A stretch of DNA of 64,000 nucleotides. Source: Planctomycetota bacterium (GTDB lineage Bacteria > Planctomycetota > B15-G4). Each line of letters begins with the position of its first letter. Within the stretch, counting starts at the first letter, position 1. The stretch is from contig JBBQUR010000007.1 of assembly GCA_038212275.1 (NCBI GenBank), positions 32,001 to 96,000 on the forward strand, read 5' to 3'. The translations under genes were made by a program, and so were the position numbers. The notes below the pieces were generated by a model. That model saw nothing but the letters and a program-made list of their open reading frames with translations, did no database searches and was not told the DNA's origin. Positions 44,747-56,739 of the stretch are shown piece after piece.

Positions 44747-45502
44747 TCAGGCCTCGTCTTCGAGGCGCTCCGCGAGCCGGTCCAGCATGCGGCCGTGGAT
44801 CTGGCACACGCGAGACTCGGAGATGCCTTCCTTCTTGCCGATGGCCTTCAGCGTGAGGCCCTCGAAGTAGTAGGCGTGCACCAGGCGCTTCTCGACGTCG
44901 GTCAGCTCGCGCGAGACCACGTCGAAGATCTCGCGGCGGTGCAGGATCTCGGAGGGCTCGCCCTGCTGGTCCACGAACTGCGGGCCGGTGGGCTCCTCCA
45001 TCTGCACGCCGTCGTCGTCCTCGGCCGGGGTCAGCGAGACCATGCTGCCGAAGCGCAGCTCGCCCAGCGCCTCGCGCAGGGCTTCCAGCGAGAGGCGCAG
45101 GCGGCGCGCCAGCTCCAGGTCGGTCGGGTCGCGGCCGAGCTTCTCGCGCATGTCCGCGATGACCTCGGCCAGGCGCGAACCGCGGTTGCGGGCCTCGCGC
45201 GGGATCCAGTCCTGCTGGCGCAGGTGGTCGATCATCGCGCCGCGCGTGCGCAGCCGGCAGTAGGTCTCGAACTTGACGTTGCGTTCGGGGTCGAAGTTCT
45301 CGATGGCCTTGAAGAGGCCGAAGACGCCGGCGCCGCGCAGGTCGTCCTCGTCCACGGTGCGCGGCAGGCGCATGGCGAGCTGCTCCGCGACGGAGCGCAC
45401 GAGCGGCATGTACGCCTCGACGAGCTGGTCCTTGTAGAAGCGCTTGCGAGTGCGCAGATACTTCTGCCACAGGTCCTCGATCGAAGTCTCGCACGCCCTC
45501 AA
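44747..45502 (-). CDS. FliA/WhiG family sigma factor
   Basis: LVEAYMPLV, DDL..AG..GL..AI..FDPERNVKFETY...R.RGAMID.LR..DWIPR, TLKAIG...ISESRVCQIH; TTG start 45502 with GGAGAG RBS. Confidence 0.93.
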   Translation of the reverse strand: MRACETSIEDLWQKYLRTRKRFYKDQLVEAYMPLVRSVAEQLAMRLPRTVDEDDLRGAGVFGLFKAIENFDPERNVKFETYCRLRTRGAMIDHLRQQDWIPREARNRGSRLAEVIADMREKLGRDPTDLELARRLRLSLEALREALGELRFGSMVSLTPAEDDDGVQMEEPTGPQFVDQQGEPSEILHRREIFDVVSRELTDVEKRLVHAYYFEGLTLKAIGKKEGISESRVCQIHGRMLDRLAERLEDEA

Positions 45503-45810
45503 GCGCCACTCTCCATCACGGTCCGCCGCATCGACTGTCCGGCAGCGCTGCACGAGCCGCGCATCCTTCGCCGACGCTCGCACCAAGGTGGCCGCCCGTC
45601 GCGCTGATTTCAAGCGCCGAGTGGCCGTGCGCAGCGCACGACGCGCGCACCGGAAGTGCGTGTCGTCGCGGCGACGTGCACGTCGCGCGACTTCGCAAGG
45701 CGCGCGTGCGCAAATTCCCCCTTCCCGCGATGCACCGGATGCGGAATGCTGGACACTTCGTCGCGCGACAGCCTCGCGCCGGCAACCGCCCACTGCGTCG
45801 GGAGCACGAC

Positions 45811-47601
<1,791 letters not shown>

Positions 47602-47608
47602 GGCAGCC

Positions 47609-49099
47609 ATGGGCAGTTCCGCCGAGAAGCCGGCCGTCGCGCGGGTTCCACGCGACGACGTGCGCCATCGCATCGGGCAGGTGCTCTGGCCCGCCGTGCG
47701 CTGCAGCAAGGGCGAGGCCGGCCTGGCGGCGCTGGCGCCGCTCTTCGACGAGTTTCCGCCGGGCGGCGTCATCGTCTTCGGCGAGGGCGTCGAGCGCGTC
47801 GACCGGCTCATCGCGGCGCTCCGGCTGCGCGTGCGCGGCGACCTGCTCGTCTCCTCGGACCTCGAGCGCGGCGCCGGCCAGCAGGTGCGCGAACTCTCGT
47901 CGCTGCCTCCCGCCATGGCGCTGGCGGCGTGCCCCGGCGCGGACGCCGCGCACGACGCAGGCCTGCTCACCGGTCTCGAGGCGCGGCAGGCGGGCATCGA
48001 CGTCGTCTACGCGCCCGTCGTGGACGTGAACACCGCCGCCACCAATCCGATCATCGCCACGCGCTCCTTCGGCGACGACGGGCACCGCGTCGCGGCGCTG
48101 GCTTCGGAGTTCGCCGCGGGCCTGCGCGAGGGCGGCGTGCTGGACGTCGCCAAGCACTTTCCCGGCCATGGCAGCACCGTGCAGGACAGCCACAACGAAC
48201 TGGCGCGCGTCACGCGCTCGGCGGAGGAGCTGGAGGCCGTGGACCTGCTGCCGTTCCGCACGCTGATCGCCGAGGGCGTCGGCGGCATCATGGTCGGACA
48301 TCTCGAGGTGCCGGCGCTGGATCCCGTGCCGGGCCGGCCCGCGACGCGCTCGCCGTCCATCGTGCTGGAGCTCCTGCGCGACCGCCTCGGCTACGACGGC
48401 CTCGTCATCACCGACGCGATGGACATGGGCGGCTTTCCGCGCGACGAGTCGCGCGCCGTGGACGTGCTGCAGTCCGGCCTCGACGTGCTGCTCATGCCGA
48501 AGGACCCGCTGGCCACGGCCCGCGCGCTGCTCGACGCGCACGAACGCGGGTGGCTGCCCGACGAGGTGCTCGATGCGGCGGTCGCGCGCATCGCGGCGGC
48601 GCGCGCGAGAGTGCGCGGCGCCGTGCCGCCCGCGCGCCGGCCGGACGCGTCCTTGCCGGCCACACTGCTGTCGCAGTCACTCACGGGCAACGGCCGCCCC
48701 ATCGTCCCGCTCATCCGCGGCGTGCCCGTGGACGTGGCCGTGTTCGGCGACGACGGCACGGGCCGCGTCGTGCCGGCCTTCCTCGAGGCGCTCTCCGCGG
48801 CCGGCATCCCCGTGGCGCCGGGCACGCGGCGCATCGGCCTGCTGCTCACGACGGTGCGCGCCTGGCAGGGCAGCTCGCGCCTGCCGGACCTCGACCGCAA
48901 ACGCCTGCAATGGGCGCTCGAACACGGGCAGCTGCAGGCCGTCGTCATCCTCGGCTCCCCCTACGAGTTGCTCTCCCTCCCGGGCGACGTCCCCGCCGTG
49001 CTTGCCTACGAGCCCACTCCAGCGGCCGCCGTCGCCGCCGTGCGCGTGCTGCTCGGCGAGGCCGACGCCCCGGGGCACCTGCCCGTCGGCGCCGGGTAA
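47609..49099 (+). CDS. nagZ: GH3 beta-N-acetylhexosaminidase (NagZ-like, two-domain)
   Basis: DLERG, APVVDVN, RSFG, KHFPGHGSTVQDSH, ITDAMDM. Confidence 0.88.
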   Translation: MGSSAEKPAVARVPRDDVRHRIGQVLWPAVRCSKGEAGLAALAPLFDEFPPGGVIVFGEGVERVDRLIAALRLRVRGDLLVSSDLERGAGQQVRELSSLPPAMALAACPGADAAHDAGLLTGLEARQAGIDVVYAPVVDVNTAATNPIIATRSFGDDGHRVAALASEFAAGLREGGVLDVAKHFPGHGSTVQDSHNELARVTRSAEELEAVDLLPFRTLIAEGVGGIMVGHLEVPALDPVPGRPATRSPSIVLELLRDRLGYDGLVITDAMDMGGFPRDESRAVDVLQSGLDVLLMPKDPLATARALLDAHERGWLPDEVLDAAVARIAAARARVRGAVPPARRPDASLPATLLSQSLTGNGRPIVPLIRGVPVDVAVFGDDGTGRVVPAFLEALSAAGIPVAPGTRRIGLLLTTVRAWQGSSRLPDLDRKRLQWALEHGQLQAVVILGSPYELLSLPGDVPAVLAYEPTPAAAVAAVRVLLGEADAPGHLPVGAG

Positions 49100-49158
49100 C
49101 GCCGTGCGCCGCCGGGCGCTAAGATCCCGTGCATGAAGTCTCTCCAGGGGATCGTGCC

Positions 49159-49629
49159 GTGAATTTCTCGCGCTACATCGCCGAGGATCGCGTCGATCTG
49201 GACCTGGATGCCGCGTTCGACGCCGACCATCCACCGGACCACGAAGCCGTCGTGCTGCACATGGCCGGCCTGCTCTCGCGCAGCCCGGAAGTGGTCAATG
49301 CGAACAAGCTGCGCACGGATCTCGTGAATCGCGAGAAGCGCGCGCCGTCGCTGCCAGGCCACGGCGTGGCCATGCCTCACGTGCGCACGCTGCAGGCGCG
49401 CAAGCTGGTGCTCGCGGTGGCGGTGAGTCACGCGGGCCTCGCGCTGGACGCGCCGGACGAGCTGCCGATCCGACTGGTGATCGCGCTCGTCGGCCCGCCC
49501 TACGACGACAAGGCCTACCTCGCGATGTATCGCGCGCTGGGCGAGCAGCTCCAGCAACCGGAATGGGTCGCCAGCGTCATGCAGGCCGTCGCTCCGGGCG
49601 AGGTCGTGCGCGCGCTCAGCCTGCCCTGA
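49159..49629 (+). CDS. Stand-alone PTS EIIA (fructose/Ntr-type) domain protein
   Basis: LVNREK...GHGVAMPH phospho-His motif; LDAPDELPIRL; GTG start with AGGGG RBS. Confidence 0.88.
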   Translation: MNFSRYIAEDRVDLDLDAAFDADHPPDHEAVVLHMAGLLSRSPEVVNANKLRTDLVNREKRAPSLPGHGVAMPHVRTLQARKLVLAVAVSHAGLALDAPDELPIRLVIALVGPPYDDKAYLAMYRALGEQLQQPEWVASVMQAVAPGEVVRALSLP

Positions 49630-49651
49630 CGGCTGCGGCGCGCGCCGACGA

Positions 49652-52135
49652 TCAGAGCCGGTGGAGCATCGCGCGCAGTTGCGCGCACAGGCCCGACGCG
49701 TCGTTGGCAAGGCTGGCCGGGACGGGCGCGTGGACGTAGCCGAGGCTGTCGAGCTGTTCGCGGCGCTCCGCGTCGGCAATCCCGCCGTCGCTTGCAGCAT
49801 CGGGCGACGTCGACGGGCCGGCGCCACCGGCTGCCGCTTCGTTGCGGCCTTCCTCGGCGCAGACCTCGGCGCAGAGCTCGCGGAACATGAGTGCCGCGCT
49901 GGCCGGGCGCTCCGCGATGAGATTCGTCGTCTCGCCCGGATCGCGGCCGATGTCGTACAGCGCCCGCCGACGCGTGGCCATGTCCACCACGAGCCGCAGC
50001 GACCCTGAGGTCCAGCTCAGCACCGGGACCGCCGCCGCGCTGCGTGCGAGCATGCCGCGCGCCGGATCGAGTGCGCCGGCCAGCAGGTCCGTGCCGTCCA
50101 TCGTGTCCGGTGCGGGCAGGCCGGCCAGAGCGAGGATCGTCGGCGCGACATCCGCCAGCGTGGCGGGCCCCGTCCGCCGGCCCGCGTCGCGACCCGGTAC
50201 GGCGAACACGAGCGGCACATCCACCTGCTCGCTCCACAACTCGTCGCCGTGCTCGAGGGCGCCGTGTTCGCCGAGCGACTCGCCGTGGTCCGACAACACC
50301 ACCACCACCGTGTCCTCCTCGCGGCCGGCACGGGCGATTTCCTCGAGCAGACCACCCAGCACGCGATCGGCCAGCGCCACGCGCGCCGCGTAGAGATCGC
50401 GCAGGTGGCTCCAGCCGGCGTCGTCGACGGCGACCTCGGTGGTGCGGTAGGCGTTGATCCACTCGCGCGTGCCGGCGACCGGCCCGTCGTAGGGCGCGAC
50501 GAAGCGAGCGAGCAGGTCGTCCGGCGCTTCGTAAGGCGCGTGCGGCTCGAAGACGTGCACCCACGCGAGGAAGGGCTTGCCCGCGCTGTCCTCGAGGAAG
50601 CGCTTCAATCGCGGCAGCAGGTGCCGGCCGTCGACGCCCTCGTCGAAGATGTCCGCGTCGAGGAAAAGCTCGTCGAAGCTGTCGAAGCCCGCGGCATAAC
50701 CGTGCTCCTTCGCCGTGTTCGGATTGGTCATGAACGCTCCGGTGCGCCAGCCGTGCTCGGCCAGCAGCGCGGCCAGCCGCGGCGTGTCCGGGCGCAGCGC
50801 CTGCACGCCGTGCTCGTCCTCGAAAAGCGCAACGCCGTGGTGCAGCGGACCCTGGCCCGTGAGCAGCGTGCCCACCGAGGCCAGCGTGTAGGACGAAAGC
50901 GTCGTGGCGTCGGAGAAGGAGATGCCGCGCCGGATCACGGCATCGAGCGCGGGCGTCGTGCTCTGTCCACGATGCTGCGCGGACACCCAGCGCGCCGCGA
51001 GCGCATCGAGCGTGACGACGAGGAACGACGGCCGGGCCGGTCGAGGCGCCGCTCCGGGTGCCGCTCCGGGCACCGATCCGGATGCATCCACGGGTGCCGC
51101 TGCGGTGTCGGGCGCGCGCGAGTGCGCGGCATCGCTCTTCGTCGTCGCCGCGAGTTCGCTCCATGACTCGGGCACGAGCACCTGCATGCCGCCGAGGCGC
51201 ACGCGCTTGTCGCGCCATGCGGGCTGGTCGTCGTCGCGCGCCCAGGCCTCGAGCAGCACGGCCTTGCCCGCCCACGGCGTGAGGTCGAAGCGCACTTCGG
51301 AAAGCGCTCGCTCGCCGGGCTGAAACGTGCGCAGCGGCGTGCGGTTGCCCGCATCGGTCACGAGCGACAGCTCGAGCGGCAGGCCCAGCTCGAGCGGCGT
51401 GAAGCGCAACGCGACGCGCGGCGCCGCGGGCAGCATCAGCGGCACGCTCGACAGCGTGCCCGCGGGCAGCACAAGCACGCTGCGTGCGTCGGCGCCGCTA
51501 CCCTCGGTGACGAGGCCTGCGGACTCGGGTGGCGGCCACGGATCACGCCCTGCGCCTGCCGGAAGGAAGCGCGCCTGCGTGAGCACGCCGGAGATCGGGA
51601 GCGCGATCGGCTCGCCGAAGAGTCGCCGCGATTCCACGCGGTCGAAGAGCAATTCGACGCGATTGCTGCCGCGCCACTGGATGTCTTCAGAGACCAGCGT
51701 CCTGATGGTGATCAGCTCGGCGCCGGGCGAAAGCTCGTGATCGCCGAGGGCCTGCCCGTTGAACAGCACCGTGACGCGCTGGCTGCCGGTCGTGCCGTTG
51801 CTGAGCTGGAGTTCCAGCTCGCGGTCCGCCGGCTCGAGCACGTCCAGCAGGAAGGCAGGCCGATGGCCCACCAGCCACGCGAACGGCGGCGTCCCTGCCG
51901 GACGCGAGAGCACGCCGTTGCTGGCCGAGAACAGCTTGAGGTCAGCCTCGGTGGTCTGGGCCTGGCCGCGGCGCGTGCCGACGTTCAGCACCTCGGTCGT
52001 GCGCACCAGTTCGGCATCGCGCAGCGCGACCATCACGTTCTCGTACACCGCGAGACGCGTCGACTCGGGGACTCTCGGGCCGAGGTCGCGCCGCACATAC
52101 CAGAGCGACAGGCCGGCGAGGACCGCCGCCAGCAA
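49652..52135 (-). CDS. Membrane-anchored sulfatase-like (AlkP superfamily) hydrolase/transferase
   Basis: VVTLDAL, SYTLASVGTLLTG (Thr at the nucleophile position, no C/SxPxR), HVFEPHAPY, SDHGE; start uncertain. Confidence 0.85.
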   Translation of the reverse strand: MLAAVLAGLSLWYVRRDLGPRVPESTRLAVYENVMVALRDAELVRTTEVLNVGTRRGQAQTTEADLKLFSASNGVLSRPAGTPPFAWLVGHRPAFLLDVLEPADRELELQLSNGTTGSQRVTVLFNGQALGDHELSPGAELITIRTLVSEDIQWRGSNRVELLFDRVESRRLFGEPIALPISGVLTQARFLPAGAGRDPWPPPESAGLVTEGSGADARSVLVLPAGTLSSVPLMLPAAPRVALRFTPLELGLPLELSLVTDAGNRTPLRTFQPGERALSEVRFDLTPWAGKAVLLEAWARDDDQPAWRDKRVRLGGMQVLVPESWSELAATTKSDAAHSRAPDTAAAPVDASGSVPGAAPGAAPRPARPSFLVVTLDALAARWVSAQHRGQSTTPALDAVIRRGISFSDATTLSSYTLASVGTLLTGQGPLHHGVALFEDEHGVQALRPDTPRLAALLAEHGWRTGAFMTNPNTAKEHGYAAGFDSFDELFLDADIFDEGVDGRHLLPRLKRFLEDSAGKPFLAWVHVFEPHAPYEAPDDLLARFVAPYDGPVAGTREWINAYRTTEVAVDDAGWSHLRDLYAARVALADRVLGGLLEEIARAGREEDTVVVVLSDHGESLGEHGALEHGDELWSEQVDVPLVFAVPGRDAGRRTGPATLADVAPTILALAGLPAPDTMDGTDLLAGALDPARGMLARSAAAVPVLSWTSGSLRLVVDMATRRRALYDIGRDPGETTNLIAERPASAALMFRELCAEVCAEEGRNEAAAGGAGPSTSPDAASDGGIADAERREQLDSLGYVHAPVPASLANDASGLCAQLRAMLHRL

Positions 52136-52162
52136 GAAGAGCAGGAGCGCGCGACGCGTGAC

Positions 52163-53449
52163 TCAGCCTCCGCCGGGCGCGGCCGGCTGCGCGGCACCCA
52201 GTGCGAGCGCCGCCTTGGCCTTCCACTCGATCGCGTCGGCGCTCACGCCGTCCACGCCGTCCACGCTCGCGAGGTACTTGTCCGCGCGCGTGGCGATGCG
52301 CTTCCAGTTTTCCTTGCCAGGCTCCAGGTCTCCCCCGCGCGTGAGCGGCTCGATGAAGTCGATGCGCCAGGCCGACAACGCGTAGTCCTTCAGCTCGCCG
52401 CGAAGCCTGGCCACCTGCACAGTGTCGGCGCCAGGCAGCTGCGCGTACTCCGCGATGGCGGGCAGCGCCTCCTTGAACTGGCGCGAGAAGCTGCGCAGGA
52501 AAATCTCGGCGCTCACGTCGTCGGCCGTCGGGGGCGTGTCCAGCGTGGCCACCTTGGCGTAGTAGGGAAACAGGCCCTTGACCTCGACGCAGCGCGGGTC
52601 GGCCGGGAAGCGGTTGAGGAAGTCCTTCGCCTTTTTGAGCATGTAGCGACAGTACGGCGTGTACTCCTTGCTGGTCGGCCCCGCGCGCTCGACGTAGTCC
52701 TTGCGCAACGACTGGATGCTGCCGAAGAGCGCGTCGGCGTCGCGCGCGTCGAACTGCGCCTCACCGGCGGCCCTCAACCCGCTGACCCGGGTGATCTCCT
52801 CCAAGGCGCGGGAGTGCATCGGGTCGTCTTCCGGAATGCTCTTCAGCTTGGCGATCGCCTCGTCGAAGCGCCCCGCGTTGACCAGGTCGAGCGCGCGCTT
52901 GAAGGTCGTCGTCGAGGGAGTGCTCGACGTCATCGCCCAGACGAGCGCCGCGCCACCGACCAGAACCAGCACCGCGACGGGAATGAGCCACTTGGGCTGT
53001 TCCTTGCGCCGCGCGTGCGAGGAGTTGCGTTCGCCGCCACCTCCACCGTGCACCGCAGCGTCGTGATTCGAGCGCGAGCCGTACTTGGCGCGCGGCGCGG
53101 CGCCACCTGCCGCACGGGTCGCGCGCGCGCCGGAGGTCACCGGCCCTCGCGCTGGTGCGACCCGGGCAGAGGGTGCCGCAGCCGCCGGCGGCCTCGCCGG
53201 CGCCTCGGCGGGCGCGGCCGGGGCGGGCGCTGGACCAGGCGCCGCAACAGGTGTCGGCCCGGTGGTCGCCGCGGCCGCGGGATGCGCGGCTGACGCTGCC
53301 GGCGCGGTCGGCGCGGTCGGCGCGGTCGCACCCGGGGCCGGGGGCACCTGCACGGGCGCCCCGCACTTGGGGCACTTGCCGCGGCGCCCGGCGAAGTCGG
53401 GCTTCACGGCAAAAGCGGCGCCACATCCCGAGCAGGTGACGCGGATCAT
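52163..53449 (-). CDS. Zinc-ribbon + Pro/Ala linker + TM + helical (TPR-like) protein
   Basis: IRVTCSGCG...GKCPKCG, low-complexity linker, LIPVAVLVLVGGAALVWA TM helix. Confidence 0.8.
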   Translation of the reverse strand: MIRVTCSGCGAAFAVKPDFAGRRGKCPKCGAPVQVPPAPGATAPTAPTAPAASAAHPAAAATTGPTPVAAPGPAPAPAAPAEAPARPPAAAAPSARVAPARGPVTSGARATRAAGGAAPRAKYGSRSNHDAAVHGGGGGERNSSHARRKEQPKWLIPVAVLVLVGGAALVWAMTSSTPSTTTFKRALDLVNAGRFDEAIAKLKSIPEDDPMHSRALEEITRVSGLRAAGEAQFDARDADALFGSIQSLRKDYVERAGPTSKEYTPYCRYMLKKAKDFLNRFPADPRCVEVKGLFPYYAKVATLDTPPTADDVSAEIFLRSFSRQFKEALPAIAEYAQLPGADTVQVARLRGELKDYALSAWRIDFIEPLTRGGDLEPGKENWKRIATRADKYLASVDGVDGVSADAIEWKAKAALALGAAQPAAPGGG

Positions 53450-54351
53450 CGTGGTCGGTGTCCCGGGTGCGCGGGTGGCAGAAACGTCGGTCCGCGACGG
53501 CCGGGCGGCAGCGGCCGACGGAAGCGAATCCCCTCCGCCGACCGCAGCGGCGCGCGCTCCGCCGGTTCAGGCGCGCCCTGCGCGACAGGCAGGACGTCGC
53601 GCACAGGTTGCGGCAGCTCCGGAGTCCGCGCCGGCGCAGACGCAGCTGCCGCCGGCGGCTCCGGAGCGACAACCGGAACAGGCACGGGGAGAGCAACCGG
53701 TGCCAGTGGAGCAGGCGACCCAGGCTCCTCGACCGCATCAAGCACCTCAAGCTCTTCGAGCGCCTCAGACTCGTCAACCGACCCGAGCGACTCGAGCGGC
53801 TCGAGCGGGCCGAGCGGCTCGAGCGGGCCGAGCGACTCGAGCGGCTCAAGTTCTTCGAGCTCGAGCGATTCGACTTCGTCGGTCACGGGCGCGACCACCG
53901 GGCGCGGCGGCGGCGCGGCGGCCCTCGGCGCCTCGGCCTCGACGGGCTCATCGAGCGGCTGGAGCTCCTCCAGGGGCTCGAGCTCCTCCAGCACGGCGAG
54001 TTCGTCGAAGGTGGGCGGCGCGAGCTGTTCGGGCAGAGCCGTCGGGGCCAGCGCAGGGGAGGGCAGCGTCGCCGCCGGATTCTTGTAGAGGACGAGCGTT
54101 TCGCCGACACGCAACGTGTCGTTGTGCTGCAGGTCGGCGGACGTGCACTTCTCCTCGTTGTGGAAGAGCAGGCCCGACACGACGCGTACGCGGTGGCCGA
54201 AGGGCGTGCGCTCGACGACGAAGCTGCAACCCTGCGCGGAGGGGTGGCGCAGCACCACGTCGGCATCCGGCCCGGCGCCGACCCGCGTGGACGCGGCGGT
54301 CAGCTCCCTGATCGCCGGGCCCTGTCCTTCGTTGACGATCAGGCGCTCCAT
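53446..54351 (-). CDS. Degenerate FHA-like domain protein with acidic Pro/Glu tail
   Basis: TRVGAGPDADVVL...LQHNDTLRVGET.L.Y fits the FHA pattern but lacks GR and SxxH; LEP/LGP/LES repeats. Confidence 0.65.
   Translation of the reverse strand: MERLIVNEGQGPAIRELTAASTRVGAGPDADVVLRHPSAQGCSFVVERTPFGHRVRVVSGLLFHNEEKCTSADLQHNDTLRVGETLVLYKNPAATLPSPALAPTALPEQLAPPTFDELAVLEELEPLEELQPLDEPVEAEAPRAAAPPPRPVVAPVTDEVESLELEELEPLESLGPLEPLGPLEPLESLGSVDESEALEELEVLDAVEEPGSPAPLAPVALPVPVPVVAPEPPAAAASAPARTPELPQPVRDVLPVAQGAPEPAERAPLRSAEGIRFRRPLPPGRRGPTFLPPAHPGHRPR
53784..53846. repeat. Coding 9-bp tandem repeat x7
   Basis: CGAGCG(ACT/GCT/GGC) units encoding EPLESLGPLEPLGPLEPLESL. Confidence 0.85.
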
Positions 54352-54417
54352 GGCGCGCGCTCCGTTCGGGGGTGCCGCCCAGCCGCGGGGGGCGGGGCAT
54401 TCTAGCGGGAACCGGAT

Positions 54418-56670
54418 CTAGAAGACCTGCTCCAGGCGGGCGTACTCCGCCATGAGCTGCTTGTCGCCGAAGCGTTCGAAGCGGACGTTGATGCGCGCCT
54501 TGCGGCCGGAGCCGTTCACGGACAGCACGACTCCCTGGCCGAAATGCGCGTGACGCACCGTGGCGCCGGGCCTCGGGATCTGCGGTCCGGCCTCGACGTC
54601 CAGATAGTCGTCGGGAGCCGGCATGTAGCCCGAAGAGCCGTCTTCTCCGACACCTGGCGCGCCCGCATCCTGATCTTCGGCGGCTCCCGAGGCGGGCCGA
54701 CCGTGGTGCAAGCCCCCCCACGGCGCGGGGGCCGCGCGCGCCGCGGACCGCTGGTCGAGCACGACGTGCTCATGCGGAATCTCGTCGAGGAAGCGGCTGG
54801 CGGAGCTCGGCATCCACTGCCCGAACGTGGAGCGCCTCGCCGCGTGCGAGAGCACCAGCTGGCGCTGCGCGCGCGTCATGCCGACATAGCAGAGGCGCCG
54901 TTCTTCCTGGATTTCCTCCTCGGATTCCAGCGAGCGCATGTGCGGCAACAGCCCTTCTTCCATGCCCACGATGAACACGGCGGGGAACTCCAGGCCCTTT
55001 GCGGCGTGCAGCGTCATGAGCGTCAGGCGATCGGCGCTCGGGTCGTAGCTGTCCACGTCGGAGAGGAGCGCCGTGTCCTGCAGGAAACCTGCGATGGAGG
55101 GTTCGGGCGAGTGACGCAGGTACTCCGCGAGCGCGGCCTCCAGTTCGCGCACGTTGTCCACGCGGTCGGCGCCTTCCTGGCCGCCGAAATCGCGCAGGTG
55201 CTCGAGGAAGCGCGTGCGCTCGAGCACGGCGCGAAAGGTCTCCTGCGGCGGGCCTTCCAGCGTGTCCTGCAGGCCGTCGAGAAGCGCCGAGAACTGCGCG
55301 AAAGCGGTCCTGGCGCGGGCAGGCAGGTCGGGCGCCTCGCCGGCACGACGCGCAGCTTCCCGAGGCCCGAGCCCCAGCGGCAGGGCCCACGCGCGCAACC
55401 GCTCCAGACTCGTGCGCCCGATGCCCCGGGTCGGCGTGTTCACGATGCGCAGGAAGGACACCGCGTCGGCGGGGTTCACCAGGATGCGCAGGTAGGCGAG
55501 CACGTCCTTGACCTCGGCTCGTTCGTAGAACTCGAGACTGCCCACGAGTTCGTAGCCGACGTTGTGCAGCCGCAGGGCGCGTTCGAGGGCCCGCGAGAGC
55601 GCGTTGGTCCTGTAGAAGACGGCGATGTCGGCCAGGCGCAGGCCGTCGTCACGCAGGCGCTTGATGCGGCGCACCACGGCATCGGCCTCGGTCTCCTCGT
55701 CCTCGGCCGAGAGGATGGTGATCTTCTGGCCGTCGCCGAGCTCGCTCCACAGCGGCCCCATGAGCCGCGCCGGGTTGTGCGCGATCACGCCGGACGCGGC
55801 GGCCAGGATGTGCCCTGTGCTGCGGTAGTTCTGCTGCAGGCGCACGACATGCGCGCCCGGGAAGTCGCGTTCGAAGTCGAGGATGTTCCGGATGCGCGCG
55901 CCGCGCCAGCGGTAGATCGACTGGTCGGGGTCGCCCGTCGCGCAGAGATTGCCGCTGCCGGACGCGATGTCGCGCGCGATGCGGTACTGGATCAGGTTGG
56001 TGTCCTGGTACTCGTCCACGAGCACGTGGCGGTAGCGGTCCTGGTAGCGCTGCAGCACGCCCGGGTGGTCGCGGTACAGCTCGACCGTGCGCAGCAGCAG
56101 GTCGTCGAAGTCGCAGGCGTTGGCTTCGCGCAGCCGCCCGGCGTAACCGGCATAGATGCGGCCGGCGATCTGGTCAAAGGGCGAGCCGTCCATCGCGGCT
56201 GCCTCCTCAGGCGGAATGGCGTCGTTCTTGAGGCGCGAGATCACGGCCAGCAGGGCGCGTGGCGCGATCGCCTGCGTGTCCACGCCAAGCTCCTTGCACA
56301 GGTCCTTGACCAGCGAAAGCTGGTCGTCCCGGTCGTAGATCGTGAAGCCCGAGGTCAGGCCGACGGCCGAGCCGTCGATGCGCAGAACCCGCGCGCAGAA
56401 GGCGTGAAAGGTGGCCATCAGCACCCGGCCGTCGCCGACCAGCGCCGCCACGCGGTCGCGCATCTCGCCCGCGGCCTTGTTCGTGAACGTGATGGCCATG
56501 ATCGACGAGGGCGAGACGCCCCGCGTGATCAGGTGGGCGATCCGGCGCGTGATGACCCGCGTCTTGCCGGACCCGGCGCCGGCGACGATGAGCAACGGAC
56601 CGTCGCCGTACTCCACGGCCTCGCGCTGAGGCTGGTTCAAATCGGCGAGCAAGGCGTCCCTGTCGAGCAC
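54418..56670 (-). CDS. pcrA: UvrD/PcrA SF1 DNA helicase with C-terminal Tudor-like domain
   Basis: AGAGSGKT, TFTNKAA, VDEYQD, GDPDQSIY.WRGA, QNYRST, TLHAAKGLEF, EERRLCYV, H..FG.G.V. Confidence 0.96.
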   Translation of the reverse strand: MLDRDALLADLNQPQREAVEYGDGPLLIVAGAGSGKTRVITRRIAHLITRGVSPSSIMAITFTNKAAGEMRDRVAALVGDGRVLMATFHAFCARVLRIDGSAVGLTSGFTIYDRDDQLSLVKDLCKELGVDTQAIAPRALLAVISRLKNDAIPPEEAAAMDGSPFDQIAGRIYAGYAGRLREANACDFDDLLLRTVELYRDHPGVLQRYQDRYRHVLVDEYQDTNLIQYRIARDIASGSGNLCATGDPDQSIYRWRGARIRNILDFERDFPGAHVVRLQQNYRSTGHILAAASGVIAHNPARLMGPLWSELGDGQKITILSAEDEETEADAVVRRIKRLRDDGLRLADIAVFYRTNALSRALERALRLHNVGYELVGSLEFYERAEVKDVLAYLRILVNPADAVSFLRIVNTPTRGIGRTSLERLRAWALPLGLGPREAARRAGEAPDLPARARTAFAQFSALLDGLQDTLEGPPQETFRAVLERTRFLEHLRDFGGQEGADRVDNVRELEAALAEYLRHSPEPSIAGFLQDTALLSDVDSYDPSADRLTLMTLHAAKGLEFPAVFIVGMEEGLLPHMRSLESEEEIQEERRLCYVGMTRAQRQLVLSHAARRSTFGQWMPSSASRFLDEIPHEHVVLDQRSAARAAPAPWGGLHHGRPASGAAEDQDAGAPGVGEDGSSGYMPAPDDYLDVEAGPQIPRPGATVRHAHFGQGVVLSVNGSGRKARINVRFERFGDKQLMAEYARLEQVF

Positions 56671-56739
56671 GGCGTCACTTTCGTCTTGTGGTGCGGACCG
56701 GCATCATAGGCCCGCGCTGCGGCGTTGCGAGGTGAACAC

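Noticed and set aside
44747..45502. Flagellar gene cluster implied by FliA
   Set aside because: No flagellar or flgM genes nearby; the sigma factor is stand-alone.
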